The notes beneath the pieces were generated by a model that was not told the DNA's origin, did not search any database, and saw only the letters and a list, made by a program, of their open reading frames with translations. Made by a program: the position numbers and the translations under genes. Below, piece by piece: positions 51,516 through 63,500 of a stretch of 64,000 nucleotides of DNA. Origin of the DNA: Octopus sinensis (lineage: Eukaryota); contig NW_021832124.1 of the NCBI RefSeq assembly GCF_006345805.1, forward strand, positions 1 to 64,000. Direction: 5' to 3'. The first letter of the stretch is position 1; the number at the start of each line of letters is the position of its first letter.

Positions 51516-51839
51516 CTCAATTCTATAAATAAAATAAATTTATTTTACCGATTTATCGTCAGAAAAAAAACAATCCGATTTTTATAACTGAAGATTCCGT
51601 CCTGAAAATGTGAAAGAGTAGTTAGAAAAGAAGATTCGTTAATTTATACAAAAACACACAAACATGAAATATCAAATTACTTTAAACAAAAAATTCTTAC
51701 ATTTACGTCGATTTGTTGAAAAATAGAAGTTGATTTGTTAAAAAAATAGAACAAAAATATTTTAAAAAAATACTAAAAATTATTGAAGTGTTTATAAATC
51801 ATTGTCAAATTTGAAATTGTGCAATTTTTTTGATTTGGT

Positions 51840-52523
51840 TCAGCTTTAACTAGTTGTACGTGAGGATCAGCTAACTCACGGAATTGAAAATCTTCACTGA
51901 AAAAATCCATTAAACCCGGTTCAGCGATTTTTTCACGATTCTAAATTAATTTTGATAATCAAAATATAAATTTTATTTACAATTGTTACTGAATTTGAGT
52001 TTTTGAAATTGAATTTATTTTGTTTTTCATTATCTAAAACTTCTAGAGAGGAGACTTCAATTTTAGTCAGGTTAGAGTAACGGGGACCTCTCAGGTTAAG
52101 ACATGTGGATGCCTATTTTTAAAAAATAAAAATTACTTTCTGATCTATGAGCTGTTCAACTGATTTAGTAATTTCGATGTATTCTGAGTTGTTTTCGAGT
52201 TTATTAATCTCGTTTTTTATTAGAAGGGATATAGCATTGGACTGGGGATTGATCAAAAGATCTTCTGGAGGTAAATCTATTTCAGTTTTTGCAGTCGAAT
52301 CAAAGCTTGTTGTAGAAAGAATAGTGGAATGGTCTTTTATCATTTCCAATTGTGGCTGTGGACTTGGTAAATGCTCAATGGGGATTTCTTCTGAAGAGAG
52401 AGCTGATGAAAGTTCAAGAAGAGTATCACTGCTTTCATTTTCAAACGATTCTTCAAAATATGGCGAATCTAGAAAGTGTGGAGTGGGAATAGATATATTT
52501 GGGAATGCGTCGTCATCAGACAT
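51840..52523 (-). CDS. Hypothetical acidic, low-complexity protein (multi-exon); possibly the 5' part of the RIO locus
   Basis: 134-codon ATG-initiated exon, then a 24-nt GT-AG intron (~52113-52136) and a further open exon; no recognised domain. Confidence 0.45.
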
Positions 52524-52889
52524 TTATTCAATTACTGTAGAAACTAGAAATGTTTATAAAAAATAAAATTTTAAAAACTGATAGGAACATAAATTTATTG
52601 TTAATTAAAGAAAGGTATAAATGAGGATAGAAATATATTTACTATCAACGAAAATTTCCGAAAAATTGAAAATTAGGAACCTAAAAGTAAGTTTCATAAG
52701 GCTAAAAAATCTGCAGAATCTAAAATTACGTAATTCTTCTGCCTATTACAAATTTAAATACTCAAAACGGGCTTGATTAAAAATAAACATTTATTAAAGA
52801 ATATGAATTTGCTAAAAAAATAACTATAACACAATATGCAAATTATTTGTTGAAAATCTATTTATTTGGCCTAAATAAAATAAATTTAC

Positions 52890-54663
52890 TTAAATAATAA
52901 AATAATTTTGCGCGTCTTCCCTAGAAAATATCCTTCAAGGATTCTACCTCTAATCGAGGAACGGAACTCGTTGAAAGGTCGCTCGCATCTTACAAGAGAT
53001 AATCGGCATCGGATTAGACTACTGAATAAAGTCATAGAACAATCTCCAAAAGACAAACGGTACGAAATGGCTGAAAAGTTCGCCAGAGGATTAAATGCGG
53101 ATGTCCCACTAACAAAAGTATGGGCATCCCTAAGAAGATTCACAAACCCGGAGAGATTTAAATCGGGCGGCTCCCTTCACCAACAAACTGATAAAGTTCT
53201 ACGCTGGGATCAGCAACATCCCCCACAGGAAATATGATGGACCATGCTTGAAGTCGTTGAAACTTCGAAGATGTCGAGACATGATTATCCTCACCCATGA
53301 GGAGGTGTCTCAGACTATCAGAAATTTAAAAAGCACTGGCTCTTGTGGACCTGACGGAATTCCTACTATTCTGGTGAAAAACCTAGGACAGGTGGCAATA
53401 TCAGCTCTTTGTCTACAAATTATCTATAAACAACAACGCAATACCCACATTGTGGAAAATGGCACACATTCGTTCTATTCTGAAACCAGGGAGACCAAAA
53501 GACAACCCGGCGTCGTACAGGCCAATTTCTCTCCTCTGTGTCCTATCCAAAGTTCTGGAAAAGCTTATACTTAACCACATCAAACAATATCTCCTGGATT
53601 TGGATTTTCAACATGGATTTAAATGTGGTAAATCAACTACCTTGCATTTTGTCACTTCGGCGAACTTCATCTAGGCTGGACTATCTATCAAACCGTATAA
53701 CCAAAAAACGGTTACGTGCTCAAAGGATATCCATAAGGCTTTTGACTCCGTTCCCAGGAAAATACTGACCAGGAAAATATACCTTAGTGAAATTACAAGA
53801 TCAATGTCACGATATTTTCCAAACGGAGTCCCTCAAGGCTCACCATTTCGCCAGCTTTTTTTAACTTATTCTTATCGGACCTCCTGCTGCCAAACGACAA
53901 AGACTCAATCGTACTATCATACGCTGACGATATTGTGATTGCTACTCGGAGCCGTGAGGTTAACACGGCAAGTTCAAAACTGCAGAACTACCTCCACAAT
54001 CTCGAAAGTTGGCTTTCGATAAATCGACTATCAACGAGTCCTGAAAAATCAGTCACTACGCTTCTGACTTGAGCAAGGAAGCTTGGGAAAATGATGGTGA
54101 AATTATATCTAAACAACATGGAAATCCCCTTTAAAAAATCTCAAAAAATCCTCGGCATAACTTACGATAGTCATATGTGTTTCTTTCAACAAGTTGAAAA
54201 TATTACAACTAGCTGCATGAAGAAACTGAACATCTTAAAAGTGTTCCTCCGAAAATGCAAACAATGGATCAGCTTTCTCACACCCCAATCAATATACCGA
54301 CAATACATCGAACCTTTCATTAGTTATGCTTGTAGGGCGTGGGGAGGGTTTTTCAGTGAAACGAACCGCGAAAAAATCGAAAAGACTCAAGAAAGATTTC
54401 GGAAAGCACTACAAGGACCGAATGAACATCTATCCATCGCCTCATTAAAAGAAATCTTGGGAAGGAACCATGCGCCTACAGGCCCTAAAACTCCACCACC
54501 GCGCCCTCATAGAAATTGTGTCGGGACTAGGGAGCAGTACCCGGGCAAAGATGAAAACCCTCCTCAGAGAAGCCGAACTACTAAAATAGTTAAAATTAAA
54601 TTAGACTCAAAAGAATATGAGACCAAATTCAAAAAACTAATTCGACCAATTTTTACAAAATGA
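52890..54663 (+). mobile_element. Decayed APE-type LINE (RT region to 3' end), same family group as 10.9 and 13.3 kb
   Basis: GSCGPDGIPTILVKNL, YRPISLLCVLSKVLEK, FQHGFK, DIHKAFDSV, NGVPQG, SYADDI, KILGITYD. Confidence 0.92.
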
Positions 54664-55223
54664 TTACTAAATAAAATTAGAAGGAAACATTGTAGTTTTA
54701 ATGTTTTGTTTAAATAGAATAACATTAAGAGAAGCGAAAAAATTTCTATCTTCAAAATTTTCAAATAGCAAAAAATAGAATGAATACAAATTTCATTTTT
54801 ATTGATCCCAATATCGGAGATTGCGAAACGAATAAAAACTCGGCAAGACCCGAAGATTACAGGACTTATTTTTGATATTTTTGTTTGCTTATTGGTCTCA
54901 AAAAGTACAAATTTTCTATCATTTTTAAAATTCGAAAATGTGATATTCGAAACGAATTATAAAGATTTAGGTTTTATTTTTTTGATTTTTAATTATTATT
55001 AATAAATGTATAATATTAAAGAGTTAAATAGTGAATTAATTTTATAATAATATTCCAATTATTTTGGTGAGGATTGTAAATTAAAGGAAACAATTAATTA
55101 AGTCATTAAATAACCACTGAATTCTAATTTGCGGTACAATAATTGTTATTTTCTCGTTTTCGTTACGATTAGTATTTATCAGCGTTACATAACCTCACGT
55201 CGAACAAGTTCTTTGTCGCATAA

Positions 55224-55901
55224 ATGTCAAAAAAAGATTCAAATACCAAAAAAATCGACTCATTTCGTCTCGTGTTGCTTGGAAACGCCGCTGTTGGAAA
55301 GTCCAGTATTGTCTTACGGTTCGTAAATGGAATTTTTCAGGAATTCAACGAACCTACAATTGGAGGTTTATTTATATTATCAAATCCAGCCGCATTTATT
55401 ACTCAAAATGTAACATTTGACGATACAACTATTAAATATGAAATTTGGGACACTGCGGGACAGGAAAGATATCATTCTCTCACTCCGATGTATTACAGAG
55501 GGGCCCAGGCTGCCGTTGTCGTCTACGATCTTACAAACGAGGATTCATTTCACAAGGCTAAGAATTGGGTTTCGAATTTACGCTCGATGGCCGGAAGTAA
55601 CATTATTATTGCATTGGTCGGAAATAAAGAAGATTTAGCGTTAGAAAAACGTTCAGTCGAGTATGAGGTGATTTTTTGGTTTTTATTTGATTTCAGATTG
55701 CGGAGGAATATTCAAGGGCGCAGGGTCTTTTATTTTTTGAATCTTCTGCAAAAACCTCAAAAAATATAAACGAGATTTTTATTCAGATTGGTTGTGTCTA
55801 TATTTTAACTGATAGCCAAAAAACTGGTAAAGTCTCCCATTCTTTCTAACAAAGATGGAATAGATTTGAAAAATGAAAAACAGACTAAAAAATGTTGCTA
55901 A
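55224..55901 (+). CDS. RAB5: Rab5-family small GTPase
   Basis: [15 protein letters not shown] (after a 24-nt intron), [30 protein letters not shown]-terminal CC; three introns of 24-29 nt. Confidence 0.93.
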
Positions 55902-56710
55902 ATGACTCACATTTTTCATATATATAACTATTTTTTGGTTTTAGATTTTTTAACAATTTATATTAAACATGTTCAGTTAGGCATGGATTTGTGAAATTAG
56001 AAATTTGTTGGACAATATAAAATATATAATAATTGATCGTCAAGTCGATATTTATTATTTAAACTAGAAACAGGTCAATGTGTGATCATATATTCGATGT
56101 TACTTCAAGTCGTTACACTGATTGCATGAATCAACAAAAAAGCATAATTTTTAGATTGAATATACAAGCGGAATACATTTTGTATTGGAATGAAACATTT
56201 AATAACGTTTTTTGACTTTAAATGTGTTAAATAATATATTTCTGGCATTATAAACCTTTCTCGATTTAAGAGTTGATTAGATTACATGAAGTCATCGATT
56301 GCCGTTGAAAGCAATTTAAAACATTATTGCTAATGCACATAAAATCAATGTTTAATATTTACATAATAACCTCCTTTTTATTGTAAATCAACCCAACCCA
56401 ACTTGTACTTAAGGCTGTTCTGAATTATCTAATTCTAGGAAATTGATGACTAGTACAGTATAAGAAGGAGGATAATTGGTGATCGACCACAGGCATAAAT
56501 TTAATATCAGCCACCATTTCAAAAAATATAAAACGGTAGTTTTCAGTGTTAAATTGTAAACCCGTGTAACTTTTGAAGTTATTTATTTAAATTAAGTGAA
56601 TATCAAATTGTCTGTTTATTATTAATTTAATTATAAAATTGAATTTTTTTGAATTTCATAGCTTAATCTGCTGATAATTGTCAAAAATTTTTTACATGAG
56701 TGAAAAATCG

Positions 56711-58340
56711 ATGCCCCGAAATAATCTTACTGACTATTATTTTAATATTGAGAGGAATTTAAAATTTGATGAGTCGGTGGAACAACAGGCCCCACGTGCA
56801 ATAATCCACTCGCTTGCAAATGGTTAGAATTCAATTAATATTTAAATAGGTCTGGTTATTGAAGACAAGGAAATTCAAGGTCGATTTAAACTACTGCCTA
56901 TTACTCTTTTACCCTCCCCTTTCCCCTCAGAACTATACCAGCAAGGACTACAGCTGGGAATGGACTATAACATTGTTTACTCGAGAGTTGCCAATAATCA
57001 TCAATTTTTAAAAACCGCTCTATCAAAGTGAGGCTTGAATAATGATTTGTGTTTAGTCTTGTTGAAAAAGATTGTTTTTTTGCTCGTTTATGGAACATTT
57101 ATGAGCAGACCCGACAGACTCAAAAACAAGTATGTATACATATAAATTATAATTAGACAATTCAACTAAATATAAACCGATCTGACTACATGATTTCCTG
57201 CATCGAATCTCCAAAACTCACTCAAATTGAAATAAATATGATTTCGGTTAGTTTTGGAGGATTAATGAAACAATGTGTGGATACTCACAAGTAATTTTAA
57301 TAGTATATATACTTAGACTTGTTACCGACAAATTAGGCATTCCTCAGTCCTCAAAAAATATATCTCCCGGACTGAATATCGCAAAAGGCATCCTTGAGGC
57401 TCATAAAATGTACATTAAACAAAACAACTGCAAGTTTGTAAAATTTGCATAAAATACGAACTTAGGGCTGTTATACTGTTTGTTGTCACTGAAGTAAAGT
57501 GTAATCAGGTGGATCAGTACCTCGTAGAATTTGAACTTTCTCGTCTTTGTTCTCAACTCGAAGTAAAGCATGTCACTCTTAAGGAAATTTACTTTTCTGG
57601 ATCACTGGGTTCATCGTTTGAACTATTAATGTTATGAATCGTGATTGTTTGATTTGATAGTGATGGAAATGAAGTTTCAGTTGCATATTTTCGTACAGGA
57701 TATACGACAAGCGTAATGAACATGGAGGAGGTAGGTTGGAGGATTGAAATACGTTTTTTAGGAATGGGAGGGTCGACTTTTGATTGAAAAATCGAGATCA
57801 GTCAAATGTCCGTCTATAAACTACCAATTAGCTGGGACCAAGAGAATTCAACAATTTCTTTCTGATCGTTCAATTTTAGCCCAATTTACAAAAAATGAAT
57901 CCATGACTGGTCGTCTTTTGGCATCAATGGCCTATCAATTCAGTTCTGATCATCCAGACTATCATCAATTGATACACAAAGTCGAGGAAAGTCCACAAAA
58001 CTATGTCTTAAAGTCTCAGCTTGAAGGAGGTGGAAATAACATATTTGGACATGAAATTGTTAATAAACTAAAGTCCGGAGAGGATATTTCGACTTATACT
58101 TTTATGGAAAGAATAAACGGAGTTGCCAATCAGAATTTGATCTTGAGGGGTGCGGGGGAGTCTGTTAAGAGACAGGAAGTGTTGAGCGAATATTCATTTT
58201 TTGGTGTCATTATTACGGACGGCGACGTAGTTATGAGAAATGATTCGTTTGGTGATCTTGTTCGTTCGAAAGTGGCGACAGATAACGAGGGGGGTATTAC
58301 TAGTGGAATGGGTTGTTTGTCTTCCATGTATCTACTTTAA
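56711..58340 (+). CDS. GSS: Glutathione synthetase
   Basis: PITLLPSPFP, NRSDYM, QIEINMISVSFGG, VAYFRTGY, KCPSINYQLAGTKRIQQ, YVLKSQLEGGGNN, EGG; splices cleanly in frame. Confidence 0.95.
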
Positions 58341-58409
58341 TAAATTATTTACTAAAACATTAACAAATTCTATTTTTGAGGTTTTTTGTGAATGATTTTG
58401 TATTAAATG

Positions 58410-58690
58410 CAATTAGTCTAAATACATCGGACAAATCCTTCATGGAGTAGAAGGATAAATATTGTGAACGACCGAGATTTATTTTCCAGGAAGTTTTGGA
58501 GAGGAATCTTAATTCTTTGGCAAAACCATACAAAACGGTGATGACCTGGATTCTCTACGGGCTCTTGTTTGTAACAGAGGAGGCTGGACTAGAATGATTC
58601 TGAAGATTGTCTGGCTTGTCAGACGTTTGGGATTATAACTTTGTTATGCTTCTATGAAATGTGTAACAAAAATCAATTAGTCTAAATACA
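58410..58690 (+). mobile_element. 247-nt RTE-like 3' end flanked by a 17-nt target-site duplication
   Basis: caattagtctaaataca at 58410-58426 and 58674-58690; insert reads DDLDSLRALVCNRGGWTRM. Confidence 0.75.
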
Positions 58691-58694
58691 AGTG

Positions 58695-59620
58695 AATAAT
58701 GAAAGATTATTTTGCACTAAAAGTAGTGGATTCCGAGGTAAACTAAGAATCTCACTCCCAACTTGTTTAAAAGTAGATTACGCAAAAATAGGACCAAAAT
58801 TGCTGTCGGTAAAGAATCTATACTATTTCCCATACTAAATGGGATTAACACCAAACTAAGTGGGATTAGCAGAAAACTAAGTGGGATCAATAAAGGATTA
58901 CGTTAATTATAAATATTATATTTCGACACAGCAAATAAAAATGCCACGTAAATCATTGAAGAGAAAAATCAAATGCATAGAAATAAAATAATTTAATTTC
59001 AGCTGCAGAATCAGGTGGGGATTGAAAAAAACGGCAATTGAACTAAATATCTCGAAAGCAACATATCGTTGGATAAGGGATGAAGTTAAACCTGACACGA
59101 GAGGTGGAAATTATCGAAAAAAAATTGACAAAGAACATTTCGACTTTTTTAATATCATGCATTGAAGACGATATTACAATTACCCTTCATGGAATAAAAC
59201 AAAAATTTGAATTAATTTTTCCGAAATTATCAATATCAAAATCAAGTATCGCTCGACATCTCGATTTTAGATTGTATACATTAAAGAAATTGAGATTCGA
59301 GCCTGAAAAAGCTAATTGTGAAATTAACAATATCAAGAGAAAGGAATTTGTTGAAAAATATTAATTCCATATTGTTTGGAATTAATCCTACTTAGTTTGA
59401 TGTTAATCCCACTTAGTTTGACGCTGATCTCCTTTAGTTTTTTGCGAATCCCACTTAGTTTGGTATCGGAAATGGTATAGACGAGGTTCGAATGAGTGCC
59501 AGAAACAAGGAAGTGTGGGTGAAGATGGCAGGGAGAATGGCCAAAATCCATGTTTTGAGCGAAACCTTTTGTGGGCTACGCAAAAAAGCGGAAAATAATA
59601 ATTCTAGTAATATCAAATTG
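58695..59620 (+). mobile_element. Second RTE-like 3' fragment, interrupted by the Tc1-like element
   Basis: MKDYF..GFRGKLRISLPTCL..LLSVKNL|DEVRMSARNKEVW; the frame is restored when 58821-59479 is removed. Confidence 0.7.
58821..59477 (+). mobile_element. Internally deleted Tc1/IS630-like TIR element with 21-nt subterminal repeat arrays
   Basis: TA duplication (58819-20 and 59478-79); inverted ends TAC[T/C]ATTTCC; transposase HTH fragment RGGNYRKKIDKEHFDFL..SISKSSIARHL..YTLKKL; no DDE domain. Confidence 0.85.
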
Positions 59621-60136
59621 TGAATCTTCAATATTTGTTTGTCGAGTGTGTGGACAACCTTTTCTATTAGAGCTATCCAAAGAGGACAGAATGGATTGCA
59701 TGAGCGATTTGGAATTATCTTCCAGTGTTCTTGTCATCTGAATTGGTTTTTCTAATTCTAATTTTATTGCGTGTAAAACCCTCAGCTGTAATTTGCAAAA
59801 ACAAAATCCACAATTGTGGTTATATTTGGTTTTCTTTTTTAATGACCTTTGAGATTTCTGACTTTTTAAAGCAGTGATTGGCGTTTGTTTAAGGTCTTCA
59901 AAAAACTTTGGGATTATTCCTTCATCTTTACTGTTTTTAGATTTGAGAATCCGACCAAGTTTATCCTTGGATAAATATAGCCTTTATTTGTCGGGTTTGC
60001 GGAAATATATTCGACTATCTGTTAAGATTTGGTGAGTCTTTTTGTCGATATATTTGAATATTTGTGACTCAGATATCAACAATTTTACAAGGATACAGCA
60101 AATTCGATGATTGCCTTAAACAGGTCCACTAATCTA

Positions 60137-60236
60137 TACCATTTCCCATACTAAATGGGATTAGTACCAAACTAAGTGGGATTATCAAAAAACTAAATGG
60201 GATTAACATCAAACTAAATGGAATTATAGTCTTCTT
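60137..60236 (+). repeat. Solo end of the same TIR family (four 21-nt units)
   Basis: cTA-taccatttcccatactaaatgggatt..., nearly identical to 58821 onward; no partner end found in the window. Confidence 0.8.
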
Positions 60237-60592
60237 ATAGTTTCGTGGCTTATAGCTTTCTAATTCGATGTTTTTCCGAAAATTTTGCGATATATAATTA
60301 AAAAATAATTGAAATATATTTATTTCGTTTAATGTCATTTTATATATTTTAAGATGAAAGAATTAATTTGGTTATTGGCGGATATCCATTACCTACAATT
60401 ATAGGAGATTCGCTCGCCCAGATACAGGTTCTTTATATATTAACGGATCCATTCAAAAAAATGAAGTATTATAATTAATGATATATATTTTAAAAAATTA
60501 ATTAAGTGGTTTCCATATAAATTGGCCACCGATTAATTAATAAAAATATCATTGTTACGTGCAAACAAATCGAAACTAACATTTCATTAGAA

Positions 60593-63500
60593 ATGAAATT
60601 TTTCCGGAAAAAGAAAAAGATTAAACCTTCATCAACCCCTTATATTTCCTCCAAGACCAATACCATACAAAGTTTCGAAAGGATCAGAACAAGGGAAGTC
60701 GACTCCTTAATAGACATTGTTTTCAACAGCAATGACCCCTGTACCGTGGATTATGGCTTAGATCCGACGCTGCTCTTTGTGGAATATCTTCCTCCACTTC
60801 CTGTCAGACAAATCACTTTGATAGAAGAAAACGGAGAGTACGGTTTCTTCCTTAAAAAGAAAGTTCTCCCAGAAATCACGAATTACAGCCGAAAACAGGT
60901 ATTTTTAAAGATTTGAAGGCAGGCCATTTTTATCGACAGTTCTGACCAGTCTGCCATACTTGGAGACCGGTTAATCTCAGTGGAAAGGACTATCGTTGAT
61001 GAAATGTCGTGTGAGGAGGTGGCGGCTCACATCATTATGTGTGGAAAGCGAGTGATGTGCCAAATACAGCAATTGAGGGAATTCTCTGAAATCTACAAAT
61101 TCATTTTGGACTACGACCAAGTCAATTTATGGTCTAACTACACGGAAGACCGTAAAATCTCGGTAATTTACAAAAAAACCAAATTTAGACCCAACAAACC
61201 AACCATTGGCTTGTCCACCGCTACGGGTTTAGTGGTTGTGATACAAATCTGATCGAAGCTGAGGAAACAAGTGTTTTTGTCCCCCAATCAGAGATGAAGG
61301 CAATTACAGTCTCCACGGAAGCAGTTGAAAAGTCAAATCCACGTGATTTGGACTTTGTGGAGGATTGTTCGAATTTGTGGTACCTCAATGAGTGTGGACT
61401 AATCCACAACATCCGTTCTCGTTACCTCAATTCACTTTATAACACATTTATGGGGAGATCACTCATAATGGTCAATTCCTTCATGACTTCACTCAGTTTT
61501 TGTGATCGGGTAATGTCTTTGTGCTCAATAAGGATGTCGGAGATGTTCTATGGATTGATAAAGACAGACAGTCTTCCCCCACATTTGTTTTCTGTTGTCC
61601 AACGAGTTCACCATTCCATGCAATTCGAGAACAAGTCAGACCAAACTATTCTCTTTATGGGACACCGCGGATCCTCTAAATCAGAGGGATTCAAGAATTC
61701 TGTGATTCACCTTCTGAGGACTCCAAATAAACACCAACTTAACAAATTTACCAGTTTTTGTCATATTTTTTACATTTTAGTCGAAAAATGGAGTTGTCTA
61801 TATAATTTGCTTCACTTACTGACCTCCCTTGTTTCCCAGGGGTCCCTCACTGGACTTGTTCTGAGGACTAGTCTCCACTATGACTCGATTGGGTCACTTT
61901 TAGGAGGGTCACTCCTTCTGGAATTGTTCGATCCATTTATTATTTTCAATTCGAGTCAATTTAATATTGTCCGCTCTATGGTGGCTGGAATTGATTCGAT
62001 TGTTCGGTTTTTTTTAATTTTTCATAACATTTTTAGACGAAAATATTCGCTTCCTGAGGAGACTGGTATTCCAGTAAGTCCGTTCTGTCAGTTTTAGGAA
62101 AATAAACGATGGAATAAACTCACACAGGCGTTTTCCGAACTTGATTTTACTGAAAATGAACAAAACTCAATCACGGCAGTTCTCGCTGCAGTCTACCATT
62201 TGCACATTGCAATCAACAGCGACTTTTCTCTCGATTTTTTGAACAAGGTGGCTTCATGTTTTGAAACAAATACACAAGTCCTTATCGGCTTAGTCAGTCA
62301 GTTTGTTTTGTTGTTTTAACGTAGAAATAATAAACGGAATGTCCCAGAATCAGAGCTATGGAAGTCTCTACTGGCAGCTCTGTATCACAACCTTGTGGAG
62401 TCCGTGGTAAGTCTGATCAACAGGTGGGGTATCCGCGGTTATAAAAGGTCGATTTCACCTGTCGAGAATGTCTCCAGTTCTATCCACGTGCTCTACTCTC
62501 CTGGAATCAACACATTTGATGGGCCCGTCCAGAATCTTCATTCTTTATTCCTGGCTTATTTCCATGAGAAAATAAACCAAATTCACTACAATTTGGTCTT
62601 CAAGACACCTCTTGATGTATATGAAAAAGTATATACATATATATATATTTTTAGGAACAAATTGATGTGGACGGGTTCTATGTTCAGTCAACTGCTGAGG
62701 AGGCTGTGAGTACTTTCGAGAATAGAAGTAATTCAGAGGAAGGAGGTGGACAAAACGGGGAAAAGGGAATCCTTCAATTGTTAGATCAGAGTCTGAGAAA
62801 TAAAAATTCGGGAGAAGATTTAGTAAAGGATATTCTAAATATTAATAAATGTAATGATATTTTGATTTTGTAGTCAATCCTGTCATAAGGAGCGGATCTG
62901 ATTCTCAGTCCTTCATATTCCTCCATTCGAATGGGATGCTGCCAGTGGAGTATGACTGCTCCCAGTGGCCAAATCAAGTTGTAAGTCTTGCGTTATTCAT
63001 CAAAGTCAAGACTCGTTTAATAAATTCAAATATGTGAGAATATTAATTGATTTTTTAGAGATTTATTTAATAAGAATTTATTCAAAAATTTGTCTCTTTT
63101 GATGAATACTCCCGGATATAGACTGGAGAGGACAGTCGTAAGGATATTCATATTATTGTGCAGAATAATACGATCGGGGGCATTCTGTTGACGGATGTCT
63201 CGTTTGTTTACACTGTGTGCCCTGTCATTGAATTGGATACCCCTTGGATTGCAGGACATAACCTGGCCGTATCCACATCCTCTGTGTCTTCGGGGACTAG
63301 TTTAAATGAGTTATTCGACGTTGCATTTGTCAGATTGCAGTTAAGAGCAATGTTAGTACTACAAGTGACACGATTATTCCGTTATGGTACGATTGGTATA
63401 ATAATGGAAGGATATCCTGACTATGTGAGTGTAGGTGACTTTATTCAGTCATATTCCATCCTTTTGGGGATAGAGGGGACCAACATTGAGATCATCACTG

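Noticed and set aside
3589-55901. EEA1 and RAB5 in the same window as a functional cluster
   Set aside because: They are ~49 kb apart with unrelated genes between; expected by chance in a compact genome.
58821-60236. 21-nt repeats as a CRISPR array
   Set aside because: Units are contiguous with no unique spacers, lie in inverted orientation at transposon ends, and the genome is eukaryotic with no cas genes.
59333-60338. ORFs with KLSGI or LIPFS heptad repeats as novel proteins
   Set aside because: They are translations of the 21-nt transposon subterminal arrays.
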